A stretch of 63,820 nt of DNA, the filler included. It is 6 parts of 6 records of this genome, joined end to end, with 100 filler letters (N's around TTAATTAATTAA, not from the genome) between each part and the next. Parts side by side here need not be neighbours in the genome. Positions count along the whole stretch, not along the records: positions 43,543 to 52,435 come from SRR31156797_4524; positions 52,536 to 63,820 come from SRR31156797_4530; 4 more parts are not named here. One strand, written 5' to 3'. Of the stretch, positions 48,666 through 59,106 are shown in pieces. Position 1 is the stretch's first letter, and the number at the start of each line of letters is the position of its first letter. Below the pieces are notes generated by a model. It worked only from the letters and a program-made list of their open reading frames with translations, was not told the DNA's origin and did no database searches. Both the position numbers and the translations under genes were made by a program.

Positions 48666-49433
48666 ATGGAAAAACCAAGATTGTTCAATCCTGTTCAAAT
48701 AAGATTTATGAAAGTTTTATTTGCCTTGGCAATCTGCCTCAGCGTTGCGGGTACGGCTTTGGGTGAGGACCGGCTGATTGTAAAAAACGCAAACGGGACA
48801 AGCACTTTCAAGGTGGAAGATGTTGGAAAAGTTACTTGTACTTCCGGAATGTTTGTAAACGGTGCGTCCGAATGGGGGTCTGCTCCGTTTGTTCTGGGCC
48901 AGGATGCCGGTAACAGAGGTGTGGTGATTACCGACAAAGCCGCGAATAATCCGAAAAACATTTATTTCGGCTGGAATACGGGGCCCTCACATGATTATGC
49001 TGAAATCTTTGCACTTCAAGAGAATGTTGCGTGGATGAATTTGGTCCTGGCGCCCAACGGCGGGAATATCGGTATCGGCACCAGAAGCCCCGTGCAACCG
49101 TTGCAGATGGGAAGCGGTGCCTATGTTTCATCGGGAGGTGTATGGACCAATGCCTCCAGCAGGGCTTATAAACAGGATATCAAATCCCTTACCGGGGAGA
49201 AAGCCGTAGAGACTTTAACAGCGCTTCGGCCCGTACAATTCAGCTACAGGACCGATCCGAGAGAACGGCATGTTGGATTTATTGCCGAAGATGTTCCGGA
49301 TCTTGTGGCATCTACGGACCGAAAGGGAATGAGTGCCATGGATGTGGTGGCAGTGCTGACGAAAGTGGTTCAGGATCAGCAGAAAACCATTGCGGAACTG
49401 TCCCGGAAAGTTGCGGCCCTTGAACACAAATAA
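48666..49433 (+). CDS. Exported protein with C-terminal peptidase S74 (intramolecular chaperone) domain and coiled coil
   Basis: GNIGIGT repeat, WTNASSRAYKQDI, HVGFIAEDVP and LTKVVQDQQKTIAEL. Confidence 0.75.
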   Translation: MEKPRLFNPVQIRFMKVLFALAICLSVAGTALGEDRLIVKNANGTSTFKVEDVGKVTCTSGMFVNGASEWGSAPFVLGQDAGNRGVVITDKAANNPKNIYFGWNTGPSHDYAEIFALQENVAWMNLVLAPNGGNIGIGTRSPVQPLQMGSGAYVSSGGVWTNASSRAYKQDIKSLTGEKAVETLTALRPVQFSYRTDPRERHVGFIAEDVPDLVASTDRKGMSAMDVVAVLTKVVQDQQKTIAELSRKVAALEHK

Positions 49434-49477
49434 GTTGCACGCTAAGCCTTGAAAACATTTAGGAGTTTACCAAAAAA

Positions 49478-51256
49478 ATGAGAGGGAGGATTTCTGTAAA
49501 CGGGTTCATCTTCGGCATTTTCCTTTTGTCTGCCTTAGGCTTTTGGGTACAGGCCGGAGCGGAAATGAAAACCGTACCGGATGGTATCTCTGCAAGTGTT
49601 GTCAACTGTCTGCTCAATAGCCCAAGGATCATAAGACCCGGAACCATATTAGCGGATTTCCTTGAAGAGGGTTTGACAACAACCCCAGTGATCGTCAATT
49701 TGCGTGAAACTGAAACGGCCGATGCGCAAAGGACCCTGGAAAAACCCTATAATCGAAAATATTTGGCCAATCGTGTTCATGAGTTTCTGGACCGGGTTTT
49801 TCAGGGCTTCAATCCGGCGCAGGTTCGGAAAGCCCGTCGTTTCAAATATATGACCGGGTTTTCAGCCCGGGTGACAATTGAAGGCCTGGAAGCGCTGGCG
49901 GATGATCCCCATGTGCTTTCAATCGAAAAAGACGTCCTCCTCTACCCCTATCTGGCCCAGGGAATCCCGCTGATGAACGCATCCGTGGCAAGGTCGAGCT
50001 ACAGTGGCGAAGGGCTGGCGGTGGCCATTTGCGATACGGGGATTGATTATAACCATGTGCGCCTGGGAAACGGCGGTTTTCCCAACAGCAAGGTCATCGG
50101 GGGGTATGATACGGGAGATAACGACAATGATCCCATGGACCTTGAGGGGCATGGGACCGCCTGCGCCGGGATTTCCGCGGGAGACCTCGGCACTGTTGGG
50201 GACTATATCGGTGGCGTTGCCTGGGGGGCCAGACTTTATGCGCTCAAAATTTCCCATGGCAGTGGCGGCAGCGCTTACATTTCGAACATGATCGAAGCTT
50301 GGGAGTGGTGTATCGCCCACCAGTACGATGATCCCGACAACCCGATCATGATCATCAATACCAGCTTCGGCGCCGGCAGACACACCGGAGGATGTGACGC
50401 CTATTCCCACGCCATGACGACAGCCGCCGCCAATGCCAAAACCGCCGGCATGACCCTGTTTGTTCCTTCCGGAAATGACGGTTATTGTGACGCCATTGGG
50501 TGGCCGGCCTGTATTTCCCATGTGGTTTCGGTGGGGGCCGTATACGATGCCCATTTCACTGTCGAAAGTATCGGGTGGTGCGTGGCCATGGAATCATGTG
50601 CCGACAAAATCCCCACCTGGAGTTGTTCCTCGGGATTCTACTCGCCGAATGAACCGTATGGAGATCAAGTGACCGTGTATTCCAACACGTCGTCTTTCTT
50701 ATCCTTATTGGCGCCCGCCAACTGGGCCACCACCACGGAAAAGGGCGGCGGTTACTGGACCAGTGCCTACGGTTTCGGCGGTACTTCAGCCGCATCTCCC
50801 TATGCCGCCGGGGCGGCCGCCTGTCTGCAAAATGCCGCCAAAGTCATTACCGGCGCTTTTTTAACGCCGGATCAGGTGCAATCGACACTCATGGATACGG
50901 GCGACAGCATCACCGATACGAAGGTCGCCATCTCCAAACCGAGGGTGAATCTGGGTAAAGCCGTGGCCACGCTGGTAGGGGGCAATGCCATCTATGTGGC
51001 GCCATCCGGGGCATGCGGTGGGAAAAGCCCCTGCTATGCAAGCATGCAAGATGCCTTAAATGCCGCCGTTTCCGGCGATATCATAAAAATTTCCCGGGAT
51101 GCAACCGCCCAGGCGCTTAGCTTGAATACGGAAAAAAACGTTACACTCCAGGGTGGGTGGAATTCGTCATTTACGGTTCAAACATCGGATACGACCATGA
51201 CCTCCCTCTGTATTCAAAAAGGATCCGTTGGTGTGGATTCTCTGGTTTTGCAATAA
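49478..51256 (+). CDS. Secreted subtilase (peptidase S8)
   Basis: I9-like propeptide; triad motifs ICDTG, HGT and GTSAASP; PSGNDG. Confidence 0.88.
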   Translation: MRGRISVNGFIFGIFLLSALGFWVQAGAEMKTVPDGISASVVNCLLNSPRIIRPGTILADFLEEGLTTTPVIVNLRETETADAQRTLEKPYNRKYLANRVHEFLDRVFQGFNPAQVRKARRFKYMTGFSARVTIEGLEALADDPHVLSIEKDVLLYPYLAQGIPLMNASVARSSYSGEGLAVAICDTGIDYNHVRLGNGGFPNSKVIGGYDTGDNDNDPMDLEGHGTACAGISAGDLGTVGDYIGGVAWGARLYALKISHGSGGSAYISNMIEAWEWCIAHQYDDPDNPIMIINTSFGAGRHTGGCDAYSHAMTTAAANAKTAGMTLFVPSGNDGYCDAIGWPACISHVVSVGAVYDAHFTVESIGWCVAMESCADKIPTWSCSSGFYSPNEPYGDQVTVYSNTSSFLSLLAPANWATTTEKGGGYWTSAYGFGGTSAASPYAAGAAACLQNAAKVITGAFLTPDQVQSTLMDTGDSITDTKVAISKPRVNLGKAVATLVGGNAIYVAPSGACGGKSPCYASMQDALNAAVSGDIIKISRDATAQALSLNTEKNVTLQGGWNSSFTVQTSDTTMTSLCIQKGSVGVDSLVLQ

Positions 51257-51304
51257 AGTTCCAGCTGAAAGAACTGTTAAAACATTCAAAGGATTTGAAC
51301 CTTG

Positions 51305-52246
51305 ATGATGAATAAAAGATCCAAAATCTATGTGGCCGGGCATGGTGGCCTTGTGGGGGCCGCCATTGTGCGTCACCTTCTGAAGGCGGGGTATGACAAC
51401 CTTATTCTCAGAACATTTGGGGAACTGGACCTTACCCGCCAGGTTTCCGTTGAGGCGTTCTTTGAAAAAGAGCGGCCCGATTTTGTGTTCATGGCGGCTG
51501 CAAAGGTCGGCGGGATTTTGGCGAATGCTTCCTATCCCGCTGAATTTATATATGAGAATATACAGATTGAAGCCAATGTTATTCATGCAAGCCATTTGTA
51601 CGGGGTCAAGAAACTCCTTTTTTTGGGAAGTTCCTGCATTTACCCTAAACATTGCCCACAGCCCATGAAAGAAGAACATTTGCTTTCCGGATATCTGGAG
51701 CCTTCCAATGAACCGTATGCCGTGGCTAAAATTGCCGGCATAAAGATGTGTCAGGCCTATAATCGCCAATATGGGACCTGTTTCATCAGTTTAATGCCCA
51801 CCAACCTCTATGGACCCGGGGATAATTTTGACTTGAAAACCTCCCATGTTTTGCCGGCGCTGATCCGTAAGTTTCATGAGGCCAGAACCGCTGATTCTTC
51901 ATTTGTGGAAATATGGGGAACCGGCACGCCCAGGCGGGAGTTTTTGCATGTGGATGATTTGGCCCATGCTTGCCTTTTTCTGATGGATTGTTATGATGCC
52001 TCGGAAATCATCAACGTCGGCGTCGGCAAGGATTTATCCATCCTGGAACTGGCGCAAATGGTTGCACGGGTGGTCCAATTCAAAGGTGATCTTCGTTTTA
52101 ATTCGGATAAGCCTGATGGGACGCCGGTGAAACTGCTGGATGTTTCCAGACTCAAAAAAATGGGCTGGCAGCCGAAAATATCCCTTGAAGATGGCATAAG
52201 AGGGGTCTACCGGGTTTATGCATCATCTCAACATGGGCAATCCTGA
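51305..52246 (+). CDS. fcl: GDP-L-fucose synthase
   Basis: [32 protein letters not shown] and [15 protein letters not shown]. Confidence 0.93.
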   Translation: MMNKRSKIYVAGHGGLVGAAIVRHLLKAGYDNLILRTFGELDLTRQVSVEAFFEKERPDFVFMAAAKVGGILANASYPAEFIYENIQIEANVIHASHLYGVKKLLFLGSSCIYPKHCPQPMKEEHLLSGYLEPSNEPYAVAKIAGIKMCQAYNRQYGTCFISLMPTNLYGPGDNFDLKTSHVLPALIRKFHEARTADSSFVEIWGTGTPRREFLHVDDLAHACLFLMDCYDASEIINVGVGKDLSILELAQMVARVVQFKGDLRFNSDKPDGTPVKLLDVSRLKKMGWQPKISLEDGIRGVYRVYASSQHGQS

Positions 52247-52435
52247 ATTTACACATCATGTGATGCCCATAAGGTGTAAACTTCTATGGCGTCCGGCACT
52301 TCTTTCCTCAGACTTTTGCCTGGATGGTCACTTCCCACAAGCCGATTGCTCTCATGTCTGATTTTGCCATTGTTATACCAAATTATAACCAGAGCCATTT
52401 TCTTCCCTGGGCTTTGGAGAGTCTTCGGCACCAGT

Positions 52436-52535
52436 NNNNNNNNNNNNNNNNNNNNNNNNNNNNNNNNNNNNNNNNNNNNTTAATTAATTAANNNNNNNNN
52501 NNNNNNNNNNNNNNNNNNNNNNNNNNNNNNNNNNN
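52436..52535. other. Artificial contig spacer
   Basis: N-run with TTAATTAATTAA. Confidence 0.99.
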
Positions 52536-52973
52536 GTTAAAGTAAGCAGGAACTGTAATTACAGCGCCAGTCACTTCTTCACCTAGGAAGTCTTCAGCAG
52601 TTTTCTTCATTTTCTTCAGAATTTCTGCTGAAACTTGTGGTGCAGCCATTTTTTGGCCTCGAGCTTCAACCCAAGCATCACCGTTATCTGCTTTTACAAT
52701 TTTGTAAGGCATGATTTCGATGTCACGCTGAACTTCTTCGTCTTCAAAACGACGACCGATTAGACGCTTAATTGCAAATAGCGTATTTTCAGGGTTAGTT
52801 ACAGCTTGACGTTTTGCAGGTTGACCGACCAATGTTTCGCCGTCTGTATATGCAATAATAGAAGGGGTGGTACGCTCGCCCTCAGCGTTTTCAATTACGC
52901 GAGGTTTTTCGCCGTCTAGTACAGCAACACATGAGTTAGTCGTACCTAAGTCAATACCAATGATTCTACCCAT
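52536..52973 (-). CDS. dnaK: Chaperone DnaK (3'-truncated)
   Basis: [11 protein letters not shown] and [10 protein letters not shown]. Confidence 0.97.
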
Positions 52974-53068
52974 CAGGCTATCTCCGAAATAAATTCTCTG
53001 TTCGTTTTGTTATGCCCTCAATAGGGCCACAAGCTAAAACGTTTAGTTTGTTTCTTGTATGCACCATA

Positions 53069-53097
53069 GATAAGGGCGGCAAAAACCTTTTCAAGGG
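53069..53097 (-). promoter_or_regulatory. sigma32 promoter of dnaK
   Basis: Minus strand CCCTTGAAA...CCCTTATC. Confidence 0.6.
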
Positions 53098-53242
53098 GAA
53101 AGGTGAAAAAAAAATAAAATAAATCTGCTTTTTCTAGGGGAATTAATCTTTCTCAACCAAAGAAAAGGGTGTTGTTGAGCGATTAACTACCAAAAAACAA
53201 ACAGGAGGCCTAAGCCTCCCGTTCTTCAAGATTCTAAGTTGA

Positions 53243-53857
53243 TTACTTAGCAACCATTACCATCGCAGGACGCACTACGCGGCCATTAAGCTCGTAGCCT
53301 TTCTGCATAACAAACATAACCGTGTTTGATTCATGCTCAGGGCTTTCCTGAATAGACATCGCCTGATGGAACTCAGGGTTGAATGCTTCACCTTCAGGGT
53401 TGATTTCTTTCAGGCCAAACTTCTCAATGGTGCTGATGAATGTTTTGTGAGTCAGCTCAACACCTTCGATGATTGGCTTAATCACTTCGTTTTCAGCATC
53501 AGCCGCTTGAATTGCACGCTCTAGGTTATCGATAACCGGCAAAAGCTCTTCAGCAAACTTGTTTAAAGCATATTTACGAGCTTTGTCGATTTCCTGCTCG
53601 CTACGGCGACGCATATTTTCAACTTCCGCTTTCGCACGTAAAACGCTTTCTTGTTGATCTTTAACACGCTGTTCGCTTGCTAGCAGTGCAGCTTCAAGTT
53701 GAGCAATTTTCGCTTCTTGCTCATCCAGCACTTCGCCTTCTTGCGCTTCATCTTCGTTCCAATCGATATCAGCATCTGTGCCGATCGCTTCAGCTTCAAC
53801 TTCAACCGCTTCTGGCTTCAGCTCTTCATCTTTGATTTTATTTTCTTCGTTGCTCAT
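53243..53857 (-). CDS. grpE: Nucleotide exchange factor GrpE
   Basis: [24 protein letters not shown] and [16 protein letters not shown]. Confidence 0.96.
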   Translation of the reverse strand: MSNEENKIKDEELKPEAVEVEAEAIGTDADIDWNEDEAQEGEVLDEQEAKIAQLEAALLASEQRVKDQQESVLRAKAEVENMRRRSEQEIDKARKYALNKFAEELLPVIDNLERAIQAADAENEVIKPIIEGVELTHKTFISTIEKFGLKEINPEGEAFNPEFHQAMSIQESPEHESNTVMFVMQKGYELNGRVVRPAMVMVAK

Positions 53858-53964
53858 GATATCTCCTGCATTCCTACTGTGTTTTTAATACAAACAGTTA
53901 AGGAATTGAATTCTCTTTTACGTTCTCGACACAAAAATTCGCATAAAAGCGTAACTTGCCCTTA

Positions 53965-53993
53965 TTATGGGGATGAAGAATTTTGATTCAAGC
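53965..53993 (-). promoter_or_regulatory. sigma32 promoter of grpE
   Basis: Minus strand CTTGAA-N14-CCCCAT. Confidence 0.7.
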
Positions 53994-54012
53994 CTAATTC
54001 GGTTGGAAACTT

Positions 54013-54897
54013 ATGAAAAAGCCATTTGAAGTTATCGCAATTATTGGTAAGCCGCGAGATCAACAAGCCATTCAGACACACAAAGAGCTGTACCTTTGGC
54101 TGACATCGCTAGGCTACACAGTATTTATTGACGATAGGCTCAAAGAAATCTTAACAGATATCCCTAATAACCATTTCTCAAGTTTAATCGAACTTGGAAA
54201 AAAAGCCGACCTAGCGATTGTGGTTGGCGGTGACGGTAACATGCTAGGCGCAGCGCGCGTTCTCTCTCGTTTCGATATTTCGGTTATCGGTGTAAACAGA
54301 GGTAATCTTGGATTCCTTACCGATCTCAACCCCGAAGATTTTCAGTCCCGCTTGCAGGAAGTACTAGCGGGAGAATACATCGAAGAAGAGCGCTTTTTAT
54401 TAGAAGCTGAAGTGCATCGTCATGGGCAAATAAAAAGCCACAATGCCGCCTTGAATGAAGCGGTGCTTCACCCTGGTAAAATCGCTCATATGATTGAGTT
54501 TGAAGTCTATATCGATGACAACTTCGCTTTCTCTCAGCGTTCAGACGGTTTGATTATTTCAACCCCAACTGGCTCAACAGCCTACTCGCTTTCTGGCGGT
54601 GGCCCTATCGTTTCGCCAAGCCTTAACGCGCTAAGCTTGGTTCCGATGTTCCCGCATACGCTTTCATGCCGACCATTGGTGGTTGATGGAAAACGTCGGA
54701 TTAAACTCATTGTATCGCCTGACAATCGAGGCACTCAGGAAGTCAGTTGTGATGGGCAAATTTCTCTCCCAGTCTCTCCTGGGGATGAAGTCATCATTTA
54801 TCAAAGCCAAAACGTTTTAAAACTGATTCATCCAAAAGATTACAGTTACTACAACGTATTAAGAAGTAAGCTCGGATGGTCGAGCAAGCTATTTTAG
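54013..54897 (+). CDS. nadK: NAD kinase
   Basis: GGDGN, GNLGFL, LNE and [15 protein letters not shown]. Confidence 0.96.
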   Translation: MKKPFEVIAIIGKPRDQQAIQTHKELYLWLTSLGYTVFIDDRLKEILTDIPNNHFSSLIELGKKADLAIVVGGDGNMLGAARVLSRFDISVIGVNRGNLGFLTDLNPEDFQSRLQEVLAGEYIEEERFLLEAEVHRHGQIKSHNAALNEAVLHPGKIAHMIEFEVYIDDNFAFSQRSDGLIISTPTGSTAYSLSGGGPIVSPSLNALSLVPMFPHTLSCRPLVVDGKRRIKLIVSPDNRGTQEVSCDGQISLPVSPGDEVIIYQSQNVLKLIHPKDYSYYNVLRSKLGWSSKLF

Positions 54898-54983
54898 AAC
54901 GCTGAGTTAAAGCTAAAATATTGACGAACATCACAAAACAGTTAGAATACGCAACCTGTTTAAATGTGAAGGTTTTGGCAATC

Positions 54984-55118
54984 ATGAATTCAGCACTACT
55001 ATCAGTATTCGACAAGAAAAACGACAATGGTGTGGAAACATCTAAAGCAACAACGGCGACACTGTTCATTGCAACATTGGCGGCTATCAGCCTGCTTTGC
55101 CTGACATTTCTTGCTTAA
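54984..55118 (+). CDS. Putative 44-aa small membrane protein
   Basis: RBS-like GAAGG, C-terminal hydrophobic helix, ends just before a bidirectional terminator. Confidence 0.4.
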   Translation: MNSALLSVFDKKNDNGVETSKATTATLFIATLAAISLLCLTFLA

Positions 55119-55131
55119 GAATACCAACATG

Positions 55132-55160
55132 AAAAAGACGCTCAAATGAGCGTCTTTTTT
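55132..55160. terminator. Bidirectional intrinsic terminator
   Basis: aaaaagacgctca-aa-tgagcgtctttttt. Confidence 0.8.
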
Positions 55161-55180
55161 GTTTCTAATCGTTGCAAAAG

Positions 55181-55564
55181 CTATTTTGTTGCCATCACTT
55201 CAATTTCAACTTTGGCATCCATCGGCAATCTGGCAACCTCAACACAAGATCGTGCAGGATACGACGCATTGTGGCTTTCAAAAAACTCACCATAAACTTT
55301 ATTCACAACAGGGAAGTCATTCAGATCTTTCACAAACACCGTGGTTTTCACAATGTTGTTTGCACCCAACCCTGCTTCTTGAATAATCGCTAATGCATTG
55401 TTTAGTGATTGCAGTGTCTGCTCTGCCACATCTTCGGGCATCTGCTTGGTTTCTGGATTAATTGGCAATTGGCCGGAAGTAATCACTAGCCCACCTAAGT
55501 TAACACCTTGTACGTATGGCCCGATAGCTAAAGGGGCATTTGAAGTATTCAAAATATCAGTCAT
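55181..55564 (-). CDS. ridA: RidA family enamine deaminase
   Basis: APLAIGPYVQG, SGQLP and YPARSCVEVARLP...VEIE. Confidence 0.88.
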   Translation of the reverse strand: MTDILNTSNAPLAIGPYVQGVNLGGLVITSGQLPINPETKQMPEDVAEQTLQSLNNALAIIQEAGLGANNIVKTTVFVKDLNDFPVVNKVYGEFFESHNASYPARSCVEVARLPMDAKVEIEVMATK

Positions 55565-55607
55565 TTTTAATTCTCTAATCTTTCTATTTGTATTAAGTGT
55601 TAAACAT

Positions 55608-56822
55608 TTATCCGCTAAATGTCGGTAGAAGGTTTAACATCGACATAAAGTGGAACACGGCAGTCAGCACTCCGAACAAAACCAGCATACCGACCATGAC
55701 ATTACCACCAGGGGCAATAAAGCCTTCTTGTCCACCTTCTAAAGTTCGAGTTTTACGCGCAAGTAACGCTGGAATGAGGCAAGCCCAAACCGTCGCTGCG
55801 GCACCCGCATAACCAATGGCAATCACAAAGCCAAATGGGAACAGTAGCGATAGCACCAAAGGAGGTAGAAAAGTCACGAGCCAGGTTTTAGTGCGGCCTT
55901 GCTTGGTATCTTCGAACTTAAATAAATCCGCTAAGAAATCGAACACACCTAGACCTACCCCGATAAAGGAAGAGAGAATTGCAGCCATGGAGAAGGTGTT
56001 GATCGCGCTGGATACTTTGTCTGAATCAATGACGGAACCTAACGCAACTAACAGTGCTTCTACGTTACCGCCCTGCTCAATAACCGGACCAAAGTTATTA
56101 CGAGGTAAGTTACCGTAAATACTTACCATCCATAGGAAATACAAACATAGAGCGATCACGGTACCACCTAAAATCGCTTTTTTCGCACGGTTCTCACATC
56201 CATAGTAACTGCGCATACTCGCCACAGAGTGGTGATAGCCAAATGACGTTAACGCGACAGGCAGCATTGCCATAGCATAAGGCGCATAATTGGATTCTTC
56301 ACTGATACGATCAAACAGCACGCCAGCGTCGATATTCACAGCCAATCCCGAAACACCAAACACAAAGCTCAACACCATGAACGCAATCAGAACCACAGAA
56401 ATTCTGTCTACAGCGCGCGTAGAGTGCCAAACAAAAAGAGAGAACACAGCGACAAAAATAACCGAGGCTATTTTATTATTAATGCCTAATACGCCTTGCA
56501 AAATTAAGCCTGAAGAAGTGATATAAGCGTAAAGTAAAATGCCACCAACAAAATAAACGGCTAAGTTATTAATTCGGTTTACATTGTCACCAAGTATATC
56601 TTTAGTAACGGTATTAAATGAGACTTTGAGATCATATCGTTTAAAAGCTTCTAACAGCATCCAGCCGGATACTGTCATCATGATCATAGTAAAAGTAACT
56701 GCAATCAGAGACCAAGTTGTCCAAGCGCCAGCTCCCGCACTCGGTAACCCCAACATTCCTGCTCCCACGCAGACGCTTGCAATAATACAAGCTCCGCCAA
56801 TCAAAGATGGATTATTACTCAT
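55608..56822 (-). CDS. tnaB: Tryptophan permease (Mtr/TnaB family)
   Basis: GAGMLGLP, LLYAYI, SFGYH and SSFIGV; downstream of tnaA. Confidence 0.85.
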   Translation of the reverse strand: MSNNPSLIGGACIIASVCVGAGMLGLPSAGAGAWTTWSLIAVTFTMIMMTVSGWMLLEAFKRYDLKVSFNTVTKDILGDNVNRINNLAVYFVGGILLYAYITSSGLILQGVLGINNKIASVIFVAVFSLFVWHSTRAVDRISVVLIAFMVLSFVFGVSGLAVNIDAGVLFDRISEESNYAPYAMAMLPVALTSFGYHHSVASMRSYYGCENRAKKAILGGTVIALCLYFLWMVSIYGNLPRNNFGPVIEQGGNVEALLVALGSVIDSDKVSSAINTFSMAAILSSFIGVGLGVFDFLADLFKFEDTKQGRTKTWLVTFLPPLVLSLLFPFGFVIAIGYAGAAATVWACLIPALLARKTRTLEGGQEGFIAPGGNVMVGMLVLFGVLTAVFHFMSMLNLLPTFSG

Positions 56823-56944
56823 AATCGATTCTCTTATATAAATTTCACGTTCGGATAGATAAGTAAGCCCACTAAATTTATTAATTTTTTTATTGCGGTA
56901 TTTAGAGGGAAATGACGCGCCAATTGGCGCGTCAGTGTTATGGG

Positions 56945-58363
56945 TTATTCAACTTCTTTCAAACGAGCGGTAAAGTGGCGAAGCACTGGTGGCTCATAAG
57001 TGAAATCTAAACCTTTTACGTTATGTGCGTTTTCTTTCACTTTCTCAAACGCTTCAATAACGAAGTCCATATGCGTTTGAGTGTAAGTTGCACGCGGAAT
57101 AGTTAAGCGCAACAGTTCAGCCGGACATGGATGCTGCTTACCGGTTGCAGGATCACGACCTAATAGTAATGAGCCGATTTCAACCGCACGGATGCCCGCT
57201 ACTTTGTATAACTCACAAGCAAGCGCATGTGCTGGGAACTGATCAGCTGGAATATGAGGAAGCAACTTACCAGCATCAACGAATGCAGCGTGACCACCAG
57301 CTTGCTGACAAACCACACCAATGGCTTCTAGGCCATCAACCAAGTATTGAACCTGACCGATACGGTACTCCAGCCAGTCTTGACGCATCCCATCGTAAAG
57401 CCCGACGGCTAAGCGCTCCATCGCGCCACCTTCCAGACCGCCGTAAGTTGGGAAACCTTCCTGAACCACACAAAGCGTGCGACACTCAGTGTACACATCC
57501 ATCATTGATTCATCTTTGAAACACAGCAGACCACCCATTTGTACCATCGCATCTTTCTTCGCAGACATTGCTAAGCCGTCTGCGTATTTGTACGATTCAC
57601 GAGTGATTTCTTCGATAGTCCAATTCTCATAACCAGGTTCACGTTGCTGGATGAAGTAGGCATTTTCAGCGTAGCGCGCTGAATCCATAATCACTGGAAT
57701 ATCGTAGCGTTGAGCGATCTCATACACCGCTTTTAGGTTGGCAATTGAAACTGGCTGACCACCGGCTGAGTTACAAGTAATAGTGCTAACAATATAAGGA
57801 ACGTTTGCTGGTCCCGCTTCTTCAATCGCCATTTCTAGTTTTTGTAGATCAAAGTTACCTTTGAAGTCTGCATTGACTGAAGTATCAAATGCGTCATCGG
57901 TGTAGACGTTTTTTGCCACACAGCAGTTCACCTGAGTATGACCTTGAGTGGTATCAAAGAAGTAATTAGACAGTGCGACCATTTTAGAGCGATCTAACCC
58001 TTTTTCTTGTTCCCGTTTTTTAATTAATACTGGGATGTAGATTTGCTCTGCACCACGACCTTGGTGAGTAGGAATGGTTAACTCATAACCAAAAATATCC
58101 TTCACCGCATTTGAAAGTGCGTAATAGCTGCGGCTACCACTATAAGCTTCATCACCCATTAACATCGCTGCTTGCATTTTCTGGGTAATAGAACCCGTAC
58201 CACTATCGGTCAACAGATCAATAAAGACATCATCACTATCCAATAAGAACGGGTTCATCCCTGCTTTGATAATCGCCTCTTCACGGTACTCACGAGTCGT
58301 ACGCTTTACTGGCTCAACAACACGAATACGGAATGGTTCTGGTAGATGTTTGAAGTTTTCCAT
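56945..58363 (-). CDS. tnaA: Tryptophanase
   Basis: [32 protein letters not shown] and LRHFTARL. Confidence 0.97.
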   Translation of the reverse strand: MENFKHLPEPFRIRVVEPVKRTTREYREEAIIKAGMNPFLLDSDDVFIDLLTDSGTGSITQKMQAAMLMGDEAYSGSRSYYALSNAVKDIFGYELTIPTHQGRGAEQIYIPVLIKKREQEKGLDRSKMVALSNYFFDTTQGHTQVNCCVAKNVYTDDAFDTSVNADFKGNFDLQKLEMAIEEAGPANVPYIVSTITCNSAGGQPVSIANLKAVYEIAQRYDIPVIMDSARYAENAYFIQQREPGYENWTIEEITRESYKYADGLAMSAKKDAMVQMGGLLCFKDESMMDVYTECRTLCVVQEGFPTYGGLEGGAMERLAVGLYDGMRQDWLEYRIGQVQYLVDGLEAIGVVCQQAGGHAAFVDAGKLLPHIPADQFPAHALACELYKVAGIRAVEIGSLLLGRDPATGKQHPCPAELLRLTIPRATYTQTHMDFVIEAFEKVKENAHNVKGLDFTYEPPVLRHFTARLKEVE

Positions 58364-58615
58364 AATAAGACCTTTAATTTAAATTTTCGAATAGTCGATA
58401 TTACCCTTCACCCTTAATATTTATTTCAGGTGTAAGTTATCGCACTAAATAATTAGTGAAAAATTGGTTTTAAATAAATTAAATACAAATATCGAACAGC
58501 AATTTAAAATTAATTAAAACTGCGAATAAATACCGATAGTTCGATAAAGCATTAGATTTAAAATGAATAACGATTGGATAACAGGTATAGAGGTATACCC
58601 TAACAATCGCCTGGG

Positions 58616-58720
58616 TTAGGCGTGTTTGAAAGAAGGTAGAATTGAAAGCTGATAGTCGTGCGTGTACCAAGCTAATGAGCTTGACCATAACTTGTCTTGA
58701 TTTTTTAGAGCAGCACTCAT
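58616..58720 (-). CDS. tnaC: TnaC-like leader peptide (34 aa)
   Basis: Manual translation MSAALKNQDKLWSSSLAWYTHDYQLSILPSFKHA*; WxxxD motif; about 250 nt upstream of tnaA. Confidence 0.6.
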   Translation of the reverse strand: MSAALKNQDKLWSSSLAWYTHDYQLSILPSFKHA

Positions 58721-58980
58721 ATTTAAATCCGCTGTTAGTTATAGCTGGTTGACTGATGGTGGAATTTTTAAACAAATAGCCAATGAAGTAAATCAAACAG
58801 AATAATAATTGTGACCAAAATCTTTATTATTAAAATGGTAATAAGTGATGAGTCACAATTTAAAACCATACGGTTAATATAGGCCTAAAACTGAATAAAA
58901 GAAAAGCCATTACATATGCTCCCCGGCGAGTACATTTAGAACGTATCATTCTGTGACGTCCCAGTTCATTCGATACCGCC

Positions 58981-59002
58981 TAATTTGATTCTGATCACAA
59001 CG
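58981..59002. promoter_or_regulatory. CRP-binding site
   Basis: TTTGA-N6-TCACA (58984-58999) upstream of the tna operon. Confidence 0.55.
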
Positions 59003-59040
59003 GTAATCTATGGCGAACAATTTTCCACCTCACCACTTTA

Positions 59041-59096
59041 CTGTATAAAGAAACAGTATATACTGTCTCTTTATACAGTATTGTTTAATTATACAG
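59041..59096. promoter_or_regulatory. LexA (SOS) boxes of recN: two canonical and one degenerate
   Basis: CTG-N10-CAG at 59041 and 59063; TTG-N10-CAG at 59081. Confidence 0.85.
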
Positions 59097-59106
59097 GTGA
59101 TCAAAA

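Noticed and set aside
52249-52435. Short ORFs at the end of contig 5
   Set aside because: Truncated and without recognisable motif.
15901-52535. Five identical TTAATTAATTAA motifs inside N-runs, and apparent gene neighbourhoods across them
   Set aside because: Artificial concatenation linkers; GC content and gene sets change abruptly, so cross-spacer context and X-containing ORFs are meaningless.
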